From a virus (Duplodnaviria; Caudoviricetes), in the IMG/VR virus record IMGVR_UViG_3300038379_000335, positions 1-28,083 of that record: a stretch of 28,083 bases of DNA; one strand, 5' to 3'. Positions within the stretch are counted from its first letter, which is position 1. Every line of letters begins with the position of its first letter. Below, in pieces: positions 16,635 through 24,955 of the stretch. A program made the position numbers and the translations under genes. Below the pieces are notes generated by a model. That model was given only the letters and a program-made list of their open reading frames with translations. It was not told the DNA's origin and did not search any database.

Positions 16635-17861
16635 CTAGGTGAGCGGCGTTGCCGGCAGCAGGCACACCTGCATCATCGCGCCGGCCGCGCTCAGCGTCGC
16701 ATCGCGCTCGGCCTGGAAGTTGCCCTCGAAGGAGATGTCCTGATCGACGCCCTGCACCGGCTTGCCGCCCTCGCCGTAGCGGTACTGCGGGATGGTCAGC
16801 ACGACGATGTTCCCGCTGAGATCCTTCAGCAGCAGGTCGATCCGGTTCGCCGTGTGATTCTTGAAGGCGAGCATCTGCTGGTACGAATCGAAGTGCGACC
16901 GGATCGAACCGCTGGGGTTGAAGCGCCCGAGGCCGATGTCGATCGGCACGAGCGAGCCCACCGCGGTCTTCCGGCGCGCGCCCGTCTCGACGTTGATCTC
17001 GGCGCTCTGGAGCACCGACGTGTCGACGCCCGACAGCCGGGTGTTCGTCACCTCACCCGAGGCCGACATCGGCTGCGTGGTCGGCGTCGCCACGAGCGTC
17101 TCGCCAGCGATCGCCGCGCCGCTCGGCGTCACGTCGAGGCCCTCAAAGCGCCACTCGGCGTCGATGATCGTCGCTTCCTGCACGCGGAAGCGCATGCCCG
17201 CGACCACCATGCCCTTGCCGAGCGCGTAGCTGACGCTGCCGTCCGAGTGCGTCACCGCTTCCTCGATCGAGAAGCCGTAGCGCGTGGTCCCGTTGCGGAC
17301 GTAGCGGATGTCGACCTGCTCGTTTCCCTCACCCACGGCATCGTTGGTGATCAGCGCGTTCGGGTCGTCGAGCGTGATCTGCCCGGCCGCGATCGCGTCG
17401 ACCTTGAAGGCGGCGTTGCTCGCCGCCGGCTCGAAGCCGTGCAGCCGCGCGAACGCGCCGACGCAGTCGGTCGGGAAGTCGGTCGTGAAGTCGCCCGCGG
17501 CGCGCTTGACGTACGCCTTGCCGACCGGCGCGCCGGTCTTGTCGATCGTGAAGGTGCCGGCGCTCTTCTTCGACACGATCGTCGCGCCCATGAGCCCCTC
17601 CAAGAACAGCTCGAAGTCCGCGCCGTAGGCGAACGAGAAGGGGATCGAGCACGTCGCGCCGACGAGCACGCGCACGAGCGAGTCGATCATGCGGTCGGCG
17701 CGCAGCGACGGGTCGACCTCGGTCTGCTTGTTCGGGCGCATGTCGACGCCGCGCAGGCGGAGCCGCTGCATCGCGGGGTTCGACGGCGTGGTGCCGTAGG
17801 TCGCCTCGCGGATCGCGCGAAGCGAAACGAGATTGGTGTCGGCGGTAATCGTCGGCGGCAT
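16635..17861 (-). CDS. Major tail tube protein (408 aa) with an inserted beta-barrel domain
   Basis: LRAIREATYGTTPSNP.MQRLRL....RADR, FSIEE....Y..G.G..V, GRFNPSGSI..HF..Y, LTIP..RY motifs; AAGGAG RBS. Confidence 0.9.
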   Translation of the reverse strand: MPPTITADTNLVSLRAIREATYGTTPSNPAMQRLRLRGVDMRPNKQTEVDPSLRADRMIDSLVRVLVGATCSIPFSFAYGADFELFLEGLMGATIVSKKSAGTFTIDKTGAPVGKAYVKRAAGDFTTDFPTDCVGAFARLHGFEPAASNAAFKVDAIAAGQITLDDPNALITNDAVGEGNEQVDIRYVRNGTTRYGFSIEEAVTHSDGSVSYALGKGMVVAGMRFRVQEATIIDAEWRFEGLDVTPSGAAIAGETLVATPTTQPMSASGEVTNTRLSGVDTSVLQSAEINVETGARRKTAVGSLVPIDIGLGRFNPSGSIRSHFDSYQQMLAFKNHTANRIDLLLKDLSGNIVVLTIPQYRYGEGGKPVQGVDQDISFEGNFQAERDATLSAAGAMMQVCLLPATPLT

Positions 17862-17886
17862 CTGTTCTCCTTGTTAGGCCGCTCCG

Positions 17887-18258
17887 CTACGACGAGCGGC
17901 GGCGGGTCCATTGCGGGCGAAGGCCCATCGTGTTGAGAGCTAGCGTAATGAACAGGCGCGGCGACATGTGCACCGTCCCGAACTCTACAAAGGGCCCGTA
18001 GAAGACTCCGGAGGCGACCCACGCCGTCTCCCCGAATTGAAGCCCTGACACGGCGGAGATGCCGGGCTCGTTGCCTGAGGGAGCGCCGGCCGTCGCGTTC
18101 CAGCTAGCGCGCAGCCGGCCGGTCTTGACCGGGCACGTCGCCCGGATGCGGTGCCGCGTCTCGACCGCGAGGAAACGCGCGCGAGCGACAGCGCCGCGCT
18201 CCAGCTGAGCGACGAAGGCGCGAGCGCGCCGATCGAAGTCACCGATGGCGAGGCCCAC
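17887..18258 (-). CDS. HK97 gp10-like tail completion protein (123 aa)
   Basis: CPVKTGRLRASW and YGPFVEFGT.HMSPR.F motifs; GTG 18258 just after the upstream stop. Confidence 0.85.
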   Translation of the reverse strand: MGLAIGDFDRRARAFVAQLERGAVARARFLAVETRHRIRATCPVKTGRLRASWNATAGAPSGNEPGISAVSGLQFGETAWVASGVFYGPFVEFGTVHMSPRLFITLALNTMGLRPQWTRRRSS

Positions 18259-18260
18259 GG

Positions 18261-18692
18261 CTAGCCGACCATCGTGCGGTCGTAGGGGATCATGACGTTC
18301 ACCTGCCACCACGCCTCGGCCTGCCCCACGACGAGCTTCTCGGCAGAGCCGAGCCGGATCGTCCAGCTACCGGCCGCAAGCGCGACCTCCTGCACGAGCG
18401 CGCTGATCGCGTCGCAGATGTCGTCCGAGGGCTCGCCGCCCTTGCCGACCACGGTAAATACCTGAGCCACCACCGTACCGAGGTAGCGCCGGATCGGAGT
18501 CGGCCCGAGCGACAGGCGATTCGTGCGCGGGTTCGGGTGCGCTTCCTCGCCCACGGTAAGAGCGATCCACGCCGGGGGCGGGTTGCCGGCGCTCGTCGGC
18601 CGGCGCATGTTCTCGACGTAGACCGGCGCGCCCAGCGTAGCCCCGAGGAAGAGGTTCTCGATCGCGCGGCGTGCGTCAGCGAAGCCCGACAC
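18261..18692 (-). CDS. Tail terminator-like protein (143 aa)
   Basis: VYVEN...P..WIAL, R..G.V.AQVFT..GKG, WWQVNV.IPY pattern; GGAGG RBS; neck position. Confidence 0.8.
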   Translation of the reverse strand: MSGFADARRAIENLFLGATLGAPVYVENMRRPTSAGNPPPAWIALTVGEEAHPNPRTNRLSLGPTPIRRYLGTVVAQVFTVVGKGGEPSDDICDAISALVQEVALAAGSWTIRLGSAEKLVVGQAEAWWQVNVMIPYDRTMVG

Positions 18693-18701
18693 GGCGACCT
18701 C

Positions 18702-19100
18702 CTAGCTCGGCCGGCGCGCTTGGATGAAGAGCGCGGCGCGTGCCGGATCTTCGGACCAGCTGACGATCTCGCAGCGCGCACCGTCGAGCACGATCCAGTC
18801 GTCGGTCTTCGGCCCGAGCGTGACGCCCGCCGCGACCGCTGCCGCGTCGGCCTTCGCCCGCTCGACGATTACCTGTAGGTCGCCTACCCGCACGCGCTCG
18901 CCGTCGATCTCGCGCGCCCGGTAGGTGGTGACGAAGGCTTGCAGCGCGAGCGAGGTTGTCACCTCGGTGACGTCGCCCGTCGTCGGGTTGCGCGTCGGCG
19001 TCCCAGTGACGACGTAGGTCAGCGAGCGCAGCAGGCTCGCGAGGTCGGTGAACGCCTCGGCGACGCCGGCTCGCGCTTCGGCGAGCGTGGTGTCGGTCAC
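18702..19100 (-). CDS. Head closure / head-tail joining protein (132 aa)
   Basis: NPTTG, Y..REIDG..VRVGD..V, P.TDD.I..DG...EIV....DPA...IQARR; GTG in GTGA overlap. Confidence 0.75.
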   Translation of the reverse strand: MTDTTLAEARAGVAEAFTDLASLLRSLTYVVTGTPTRNPTTGDVTEVTTSLALQAFVTTYRAREIDGERVRVGDLQVIVERAKADAAAVAAGVTLGPKTDDWIVLDGARCEIVSWSEDPARAALFIQARRPS

Positions 19101-19645
19101 CCGAGCCTCAGCGGGACCACGCCCGAGCCCGAGGAGAGCAGCAGCGGGCGCAGCAGGAAGTCGACGCGGTCGAGGCGCGGCTGCGACAGGAAGGGCTCGG
19201 CGTAGGTCTTGTCGATCGAGATGGACCCGACCGTGATCGACTTCGCCTTGAAGCCGCCGCCCGCGGCGACGTCGGGCGTCAGCTGAGCCGAGAGCGCGCG
19301 CAGCGCAAGCTCCGCGCAGGCATCCTTGAGGGCCTGCGGGATCACGTTCTCCGCGATCGTCCAGCCGCTCGCGTCCTCGACGGCGAGGCGCGGCCACTGG
19401 AGGGCCTGCTCCGCCGTGCTCTTCACGCCGCGCCAGTCGTAGAAGTACGAGCCGTCGAGGTGACGGGTGGCCTCGCGTAGCGCCGCCTCACGCTCCGGGT
19501 CGGTCGCGCCGCTCCACGTCGCGATCAGCGCATCCCGCGCAGCGTCCCGAGTATCGGTCTTCGCGTAGTACGCGGTAGCGTCCGCCAGCGCGAGATAGCT
19601 CTCGGCGTCGGCCTTCGCGGTGCCGTCTTCGACGATCAGCGCCAT
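19097..19645 (-). CDS. Head-tail adaptor ('DnaT-like' phage family, 182 aa)
   Basis: MALIVEDGT....AESY, E.ALR.AT..LD, W.G.K....QALQWPR, IPQALKDACAELAL, VGSISI..Y; GGAGG RBS. Confidence 0.9.
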   Translation of the reverse strand: MALIVEDGTAKADAESYLALADATAYYAKTDTRDAARDALIATWSGATDPEREAALREATRHLDGSYFYDWRGVKSTAEQALQWPRLAVEDASGWTIAENVIPQALKDACAELALRALSAQLTPDVAAGGGFKAKSITVGSISIDKTYAEPFLSQPRLDRVDFLLRPLLLSSGSGVVPLRLG

Positions 19646-19647
19646 GC

Positions 19648-19905
19648 CTAGCCCTCCGCGATCATGCGTAGAAGGGCCTCGAAGGTGGCCCCGGTTAGCT
19701 CCCAGCGCCCGATCTTGCCGGACGCGCTGATCCACTCGGCGGCGCAGCGGGCCTCGGGCCCGGGGCTGACCGCCTCAACCTTCTCGTCGACAGCGATCAC
19801 CACGAGGAAGTGCGCCTCGATCCGCCGGCCGCTGGCGCATGCACGCATCACGTCGCGCTTCAGCGCCGCCTCGCCGCTTTCGTCGTTGGGCTCGCCGGTC
19901 GTCAC
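19648..19905 (-). CDS. Hypothetical protein (85 aa)
   Basis: Fills the operon gap; GTGA overlap upstream, stop 2 nt before the adaptor ATG. Confidence 0.6.
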   Translation of the reverse strand: MTTGEPNDESGEAALKRDVMRACASGRRIEAHFLVVIAVDEKVEAVSPGPEARCAAEWISASGKIGRWELTGATFEALLRMIAEG

Positions 19906-20129
19906 GTTGCCTCGCCGTCGATCTCGCGCATCCGGGCGACCACGCGTAGCCGGGCCTCCCGGTCGGGCTCTACGCCGCGCGCTCGAAGCGCCATCGCTGC
20001 GGCGGTGTGCAGCGCGCGCTTGCGACGCTTGCGCTCGTGAGCCTGAGCCGCGCGACGCTGAGCGCGGTTCAGCGAGGCCGCGAAAGCGGGCGGCGGCGGA
20101 TCGGAGCCCTCCGCGACCCGCTCCCGCAT
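19902..20129 (-). CDS. Hypothetical basic protein (75 aa)
   Basis: Operon packing; LNRAQRRAA motif common in small phage proteins. Confidence 0.55.
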   Translation of the reverse strand: MRERVAEGSDPPPPAFAASLNRAQRRAAQAHERKRRKRALHTAAAMALRARGVEPDREARLRVVARMREIDGEAT

Positions 20130-20133
20130 CCCG

Positions 20134-20376
20134 CTAGCGGCCCTTGGGCTTTGCGGTGCCGGTGGACGGAGCGTCGGTGCCCGGCTTCTCGGGCTGCTTC
20201 TCGCCCTCGGGCTGCTTCGCCATGCCGTCGCCGCCGGCCGTGGCCGGCTGATTCTCGGGGGCCGGCGACTCGCCTTCGGGCAGGTAGCCCTGCTCGCGCC
20301 AGTACGCCTCGGAGTCGGAGCCCTTGAGCACGGTGACGTGCTCCTCGCCCTTGACCAGCTTCAGCGCATCGCTCAT
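20134..20376 (-). CDS. Hypothetical protein following the capsid gene (80 aa), low-complexity P/E/K/G tail
   Basis: AAGGGG RBS, ATG 20376, codon usage like the structural genes. Confidence 0.75.
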   Translation of the reverse strand: MSDALKLVKGEEHVTVLKGSDSEAYWREQGYLPEGESPAPENQPATAGGDGMAKQPEGEKQPEKPGTDAPSTGTAKPKGR

Positions 20377-20410
20377 GCGGTTCCCCTTGCTCGCGCTCGG
20401 CGAGCGAAGC

Positions 20411-20435
20411 GGGGCCCGGCACTCGGCCGGGCCCC
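20411..20435 (-). terminator. GC-rich hairpin downstream of the capsid gene (possible attenuator or mRNA stabiliser)
   Basis: GGGGCCCGGC-5 nt-GCCGGGCCCC perfect 10-bp stem; no U-tract. Confidence 0.45.
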
Positions 20436-20472
20436 TAGACGCCTACTGCGTAGCTGCCTAGGCGGCCTCGGT

Positions 20473-21585
20473 CTAGCCGAGGACGCGGCAGCCGAGCCGC
20501 GGGTCGATCGTCTTCGCGCCGACGAGGATGTCGAGCGAGATCGTGTCGACCTTGTTCGTGGTCGAGTAGCCGGCCACGAAGCGGATACCCATGCCGCGCT
20601 CGTTCATGATCTGCGCGCGCGCAGCACCCATCGGAATCGCGAGCGGCACGATCGCGAGAGCGATCGCGTTGCGGTGGAACGCGAGGTTGGCGGCGTGGTT
20701 CGCGAGCACGGTGATCGACGCGGCGGTGTTCACCGCCTTGGGGAGCGCCGTGATCGAGACGGTACCCGCACCACCCGCGTAGGCCGCGGTCACCGCGACG
20801 GTGACGGTCGAGCCGTCCGCTGCCGGCATCGACAGGATGTCGCCCACGACCATCGTGCCGGTGCCGGTCGACACCACGAGCGCGGTGACGCCAGCAGCGT
20901 GCGCGCCGTTCGTGACGTACGCGCTGTTGGCGGTGCCCTTCGCGTGGCTCTTGATGTTCTGATCCATGAACCAGTCGAAGGCCATGAAGGAGCCCATCGA
21001 AGCGCCGCGCAGCGCGGTGCCGCCGTCGCCGCGCTTGTCGGCGTCGGAGAACTGCGCGATCTGGAAGAGATCGCGCTTGCCGCGCGGGTTCACCACGACG
21101 TTCCGGCCCTGAGCCGGAACCTGCTGGGTGTTCAGGATCTCGTCGATCGCCGCGACGTCGTCGAGCGTGTCGGGCGGATCCCCGGCCGTACCGACGTAGG
21201 TCGAGAAGCCGACGTACTGCTCGGCGACGTACGAGTCGACCGCCTGCGCCAGCGCGACGACCGCGGGCGAGAGCAGCTGGGACGAGAAGTCCTGAAGCTC
21301 CAGCGTCCAGTCCTTCGAGGTCACCTCGAAGGTGACGTCGAAGTGCTTCGCCAGCTGGAGCTGCACCGAGCCTTCCTGCGCGTTCTGCACGGTGACGGCC
21401 ATGCTGAACTCCTGCGCCACGAACGAAGCCGGCTTGCGGATCGTGACCGTGTCGCCCTTCTTCAGCCCGTCCTGCCACTCGGCGGTGTAGTCCCGGTACA
21501 CGAGACTCCCGAAGACGAGGTTGTTCTCCAGAATCATCAGCGCCTCGCGGGCGATGACGTCGGGAGTGAGGAACGTGTTGGGCAT
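20473..21585 (-). CDS. Major capsid protein, P22 coat-protein family (370 aa)
   Basis: MPNTFLTPDVIAREALMILENNLVF...VYRDY, KGDTVTIRKP, P....LAQAVD, NLAFHRNAIALAIVPL..P, DIL.G.K...P; T/A/G/V-rich insertion domain; GGGAGG RBS. Confidence 0.95.
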   Translation of the reverse strand: MPNTFLTPDVIAREALMILENNLVFGSLVYRDYTAEWQDGLKKGDTVTIRKPASFVAQEFSMAVTVQNAQEGSVQLQLAKHFDVTFEVTSKDWTLELQDFSSQLLSPAVVALAQAVDSYVAEQYVGFSTYVGTAGDPPDTLDDVAAIDEILNTQQVPAQGRNVVVNPRGKRDLFQIAQFSDADKRGDGGTALRGASMGSFMAFDWFMDQNIKSHAKGTANSAYVTNGAHAAGVTALVVSTGTGTMVVGDILSMPAADGSTVTVAVTAAYAGGAGTVSITALPKAVNTAASITVLANHAANLAFHRNAIALAIVPLAIPMGAARAQIMNERGMGIRFVAGYSTTNKVDTISLDILVGAKTIDPRLGCRVLG

Positions 21586-21645
21586 CTGCCCTCCCCTTTC
21601 TTGCGTTGGGCTAGCACGCGAAGCGCCGCCCTGTTGGTTGGTTGT

Positions 21646-21693
21646 TAGCTGACTCGCAACCGACCCGCATCGCGGGAGGTGCGCTGGTTCGCG
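21646..21693 (-). promoter_or_regulatory. Structured capsid leader sharing three sequence blocks with the chaperone leader
   Basis: Plus-strand TAGCTGAC (21646), CGCAACCG (21655) and GCTGGTTCGCG (21683) match 16534, 16554 and 16566 (GCTGGTTTGCG); contains hairpin CCCGCATCGCGGG. Confidence 0.55.
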
Positions 21694-21697
21694 CGGG

Positions 21698-22501
21698 CTA
21701 GCCGATCCGGCCTTCCGCGCGTGCCTTCCGGTACTCCGACATGCTCATGCCGGCGACCTGCTCGGGCGCGAGCTTACCGCCGCCACCGCTGCTGTTCTGG
21801 TTGTTCTGCTGCGTGCCGCTGCCGCTCTTGCCGGTCCCCTTGAACGCCTCGGGGATCTGCTCGCGAAGCTCGACGACGAGATCCTTGAGGGTGAAGGGGG
21901 TCGCCTGCCCGTCCTTGATGCGCGGGTTCCCGGCATCGTCGAGCACCTCGACCACGCGCTTGCCGGCGTCGTTCTTGCGGACGCGGGTCACCTTGTGGAC
22001 GTGGTCGAGCATGAGCGGGAGCATCCGGGGCAGCACGCCGGCCTCGGTCAACTCGCGCGTGCTCGTGTTGTCGACGAGCAGCGTGTAGACCTCGCCCTCC
22101 AGCGTCTTGACGGTGCCCTCGACGTCGCCCTTTTCCTTGGCGTGCTGCGTCTTGAGGGCCTCGATCCGGGCCTTCGCCTTCTCCTCGGCGAGCCGGTCTG
22201 CTTCCCTCTCGGGGTCGATCGCCGACAACTCGGCGACCTTCGCGCGCAGCGTCTCGACCTCGGCGGTGACGGTCTGCGTCGACTCCTTGAGCTTGCGGTT
22301 TTCCTCGGTCTGCCGGGAGAGGGCCGACTTGAGGCCCTTCACATTCTCGACGGACCAGCCGTCGAAGTTGGAATCGATCAGGATGGGGAACACCTTCACC
22401 GTCTTGTCGTCGAGCTTCACCTCGACGGGCTCGGCTGCGTACTCGCTGCGCAGCGCGGCGGGAATCTCGGATTCGTTCGTGTAGTAGGGCTTGAGGGCCA
22501 T
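21698..22501 (-). CDS. Capsid scaffolding protein (267 aa)
   Basis: MALK......IP..LR.EY, ENVKGLKSAL, long coiled coil, P..FKGTGKSGSG, MSMSEYRKAR C-terminus; directly upstream of the capsid gene; AAGGA RBS. Confidence 0.9.
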   Translation of the reverse strand: MALKPYYTNESEIPAALRSEYAAEPVEVKLDDKTVKVFPILIDSNFDGWSVENVKGLKSALSRQTEENRKLKESTQTVTAEVETLRAKVAELSAIDPEREADRLAEEKAKARIEALKTQHAKEKGDVEGTVKTLEGEVYTLLVDNTSTRELTEAGVLPRMLPLMLDHVHKVTRVRKNDAGKRVVEVLDDAGNPRIKDGQATPFTLKDLVVELREQIPEAFKGTGKSGSGTQQNNQNSSGGGGKLAPEQVAGMSMSEYRKARAEGRIG

Positions 22502-22516
22502 CGTGGGTTCCTTCTC

Positions 22517-22566
22517 TCGCGCTCCGCATCGCGGTGCGCGGGTCGACGCCGCATCACGGCTCGACC
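22517..22566 (-). promoter_or_regulatory. Two tandem hairpins with the CCGYGAUGCGG cap in the scaffold leader
   Basis: Plus-strand CCGCATCGCGG (22524-22534) and CCGCATCACGG (22549-22559), each topping a longer stem; third copy at 21665-21675. Confidence 0.6.
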
Positions 22567-22571
22567 TTGGT

Positions 22572-22760
22572 TCAAGCGGCGAGCGCAACCTGCGCTACCG
22601 GATCGACGCGGAGCACCTCGACTCCGCAGAGACAGCTCGTATCGGTATCCGTACCGATTTCGTTGCAATCGGGCTTGTGTAGGCTCACGGTCCCGCCGCC
22701 GTCGCGGGCGACTTCGAGGATCGCGAACCAGACGGATTCCTCGTACGTCGGGAACCTCAC
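22572..22760 (-). CDS. Hypothetical protein (62 aa), possible metal-binding H...C / C-x-C
   Basis: GTGA overlap with the minor head gene stop; HKPDC...SCLCG. Confidence 0.55.
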   Translation of the reverse strand: MRFPTYEESVWFAILEVARDGGGTVSLHKPDCNEIGTDTDTSCLCGVEVLRVDPVAQVALAA

Positions 22761-23764
22761 GAGCCGACCCGGCGCGAGCGAAGCTCTTCGAGGGTCAGTG
22801 TGCGGTTGCCGGCGACGAAGCGCGAGAGGCGCTCGCCGCCGCGGAACATCTCAGCACGCGAGCGGCCGAGCATCTCATTCTGCACCGCCGCCGGCTGCTC
22901 GCCGAGCCACGCATCGAAGTCGACCGGGACCGAAGCTCCGGGCGTGCCGGCGGCGACGACGGGCGCGAGGATGCACCGGCAGTTAGGGTGAAGCGGCGGC
23001 CGGCGCGCCTCGCGGGCGACGAAGACCCGGCCGTGAAGCACCGCGCAGCGCGGGCAGGTGCGACCGTCGAGCGTCGCGATCCACATAACACGCCGAATCA
23101 CCTCGGGATTCTGCTCGTAGACGAGGCCGCGGGCGAGGTTCGCGACGGCGTGAGCCGCGCTCGCTACGCGGGTCGTGAAGGATTCGAGCGCACGGTCGAA
23201 GAGCCCGCGGATCGTGCGCGTGCCGGTGATGCGCTGAGCAATCGCGTCGGCTGAGGCTCCCGAGGCGAGCCCGGTCATGATCTCCCGACGCACGCCGCGG
23301 CGCACGTTGATCGTCCAGTCGCGTAGGTGATCGGAGAGCCGGCCGCCCATCCACGTCGCTGAGCCGACTACCCGCTGAAGGTCGCGCACGCCCGGCACGA
23401 CGAGCGCGGTGTCGAGCACGGCCCCGAGCACGAGCGCCTCGTGCTGCCCCTCTTCCGTGGCAAGCGCGCGAAGCTCCTCGCGCGTCGTGAGCGAGACGCG
23501 ATCGAGCACGGCGGCGAGCCGGCGATCGAAGGCAGAGAGCCGCTCGCGGAGCCCGATACGGGAGTGCGGCCCGACCTCGGGGCCGCGCGCCGCGACACGA
23601 GCAAGCGCGGATACGATCTGATCGGTGAGCACGCCTCTGAACGCGCGAGCAAGCTCCGCGGCTGCACGCCGCGAAAGCCCGGCCGCGAAGCGCGCAAGGT
23701 CGGTGCCGCGGCGTACCGCGATCTGCTCGACCTCGGCCTGAGCTTCAGCGACGATAATCGGCAT
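22757..23764 (-). CDS. Minor head morphogenesis protein (Mu gpF / SPP1 gp7-like, about 335 aa)
   Basis: WIATLDGRTCPRCAVLHG, PPLHPNCRC and FDAWL..QP..VQ.EMLG..RA..FR.G motifs; start taken at ATG 23764. Confidence 0.92.
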   Translation of the reverse strand: MPIIVAEAQAEVEQIAVRRGTDLARFAAGLSRRAAAELARAFRGVLTDQIVSALARVAARGPEVGPHSRIGLRERLSAFDRRLAAVLDRVSLTTREELRALATEEGQHEALVLGAVLDTALVVPGVRDLQRVVGSATWMGGRLSDHLRDWTINVRRGVRREIMTGLASGASADAIAQRITGTRTIRGLFDRALESFTTRVASAAHAVANLARGLVYEQNPEVIRRVMWIATLDGRTCPRCAVLHGRVFVAREARRPPLHPNCRCILAPVVAAGTPGASVPVDFDAWLGEQPAAVQNEMLGRSRAEMFRGGERLSRFVAGNRTLTLEELRSRRVGS

Positions 23765-23963
23765 AGTCGTGGAACGCCGCGCCGATACGAGCGATGACAC
23801 TAAGGTGTGTCGACGCTTCGCGGAGCCACGCGACGTCAGCCTCGATCGCGCGCGCCTCAGCATCCTGCTCGAAGGCGGCGAGACGCTCGCGCGCCGCCTC
23901 GCCGAGCTTGACCTTCCCAGGCCCGCCTGCCGGGGCGATGTTTCCGGGCGCTACCGCAACCAT
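23745..23963 (-). CDS. Hypothetical protein (72 aa), first gene of the minus-strand operon
   Basis: GGGAGG RBS upstream of ATG 23963; overlaps the start of the minor head gene. Confidence 0.6.
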   Translation of the reverse strand: MVAVAPGNIAPAGGPGKVKLGEAARERLAAFEQDAEARAIEADVAWLREASTHLSVIARIGAAFHDYADYRR

Positions 23964-24010
23964 CGCAACCTCCCGTATTGGCTCGCGTTTTCCGCGGCCA
24001 CAGATTCCCC

Positions 24011-24038
24011 TTGACGTCCCTGTTATGGGTAGTACGAT
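24011..24038 (+). promoter_or_regulatory. Sigma70-like promoter P1
   Basis: TTGACG-16 bp-TACGAT in a relatively AT-rich divergent gap, followed by GGAGG and ATG 24077. Confidence 0.7.
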
Positions 24039-24076
24039 GTCCTACGTCGGATCAACCGACCACGGAGGAAACAAAG

Positions 24077-24466
24077 ATGTTCCGCTTCCGCATCATCCGA
24101 TTCAACCGCACGCTCCCGGGTGGGCGCACGGTGATGGCGCGTACAGGGTACCGCGTCTTTCACCTCGGGGTGATGATCGGCTACGTGATCCGCGCCGACC
24201 GCTACTGGCGGCCTCTGCTCCGCGACGGCCTGAGCCTCGGGCTCTACCGCACGCGCCAGAGCGCCTCGCACGCGATCCTGCGCCGCCCCGGCTCGACGAC
24301 GAGCCCGGCGCAGCCCTCTCAGATCGAGCAGCCGGCTGCGCCGCCGCCGCCTCGCGTTCGGCCGGCGGACGGCTCGTGCCACCGCTGCGGCGAGCCGACG
24401 TCCTTTACGAAGACGCTCTGCGGCGACTGCGGCCCCCGGCCGGTCGCCGCTCCGGTCGCGCCGTGA
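24077..24466 (+). CDS. Hypothetical protein with C-terminal zinc ribbon (129 aa)
   Basis: GGAGG RBS; CHRC...CGDC after a Pro-rich linker. Confidence 0.75.
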   Translation: MFRFRIIRFNRTLPGGRTVMARTGYRVFHLGVMIGYVIRADRYWRPLLRDGLSLGLYRTRQSASHAILRRPGSTTSPAQPSQIEQPAAPPPPRVRPADGSCHRCGEPTSFTKTLCGDCGPRPVAAPVAP

Positions 24467-24507
24467 GGTGCCCGACCTGCAAGCGCCCGCTCAAAGGACC
24501 GCGATGA
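24463..24507 (+). CDS. Candidate 14-aa micro-ORF MRCPTCKRPLKGPR
   Basis: GTG overlaps the upstream stop (GTGA) and its TGA overlaps the downstream ATG (ATGA). Confidence 0.5.
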   Translation: MRCPTCKRPLKGPR

Positions 24508-24941
24508 CACGCCGAACCCGGACTACCTCGCCCCACGCCATGCTCGACCGCGAGACGACGTCGACCGTTTCCAAGCTGGCGGTCGTGATCGCCATTCGCA
24601 AGGCGATGAACGCGGCGAATGTCGCGCGCTCCGGCCAGCGGGTACGCGACGCGATCGCGAGCGCAGGGATCGAGGCGGAAGACGCCGCGGTCGAGAGTTT
24701 CGGCGACTGCATCGCGCAGGCCCTCGAAGTCCAGTGGGGTCGCTCCGAGCGGACGCGCATCCCTAAACGCGAGATCACGAGCGCGGCGAACGACGTCGCA
24801 CGGCGATTCCTGCGCCCAGACCAGACCGCTTCGCTGCTCGTGCCCCTGAGCTTCGACGCGGTGCGGTCACTCGCGCTCGCGCACGCCAAGCGACTCGGCG
24901 AAGCGCATCGGCTCAAGCAGGCCGACGACGACGCCGCATGA
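24504..24941 (+). CDS. Hypothetical helical protein (145 aa)
   Basis: AAAGGA RBS then ATG 24504; operon packing. Confidence 0.65.
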   Translation: MTRRTRTTSPHAMLDRETTSTVSKLAVVIAIRKAMNAANVARSGQRVRDAIASAGIEAEDAAVESFGDCIAQALEVQWGRSERTRIPKREITSAANDVARRFLRPDQTASLLVPLSFDAVRSLALAHAKRLGEAHRLKQADDDAA

Positions 24942-24955
24942 CCGGAGGGAAGTCC

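Noticed and set aside
21630-21648. Short CAAC/GTTG tandem repeat in the capsid leader
   Set aside because: Too short to call as a separate element; probably an unstructured spacer within the leader.
31-23797. Many long plus-strand ORFs and alternative-frame minus-strand ORFs (e.g. 114-944, 5019-6257, 13163-14497, 16368-17936, 20338-21648, 21995-23254)
   Set aside because: R/A/G-rich shadow frames of high-GC coding sequence, fully overlapping well-supported phage genes, with no motifs or RBS.
23975-24005. Minus-strand GCCAATAC as a sigma28-type -10 box for the late operon
   Set aside because: No TAAA-like -35 at the right spacing and it lies almost on the RBS; unsupported.
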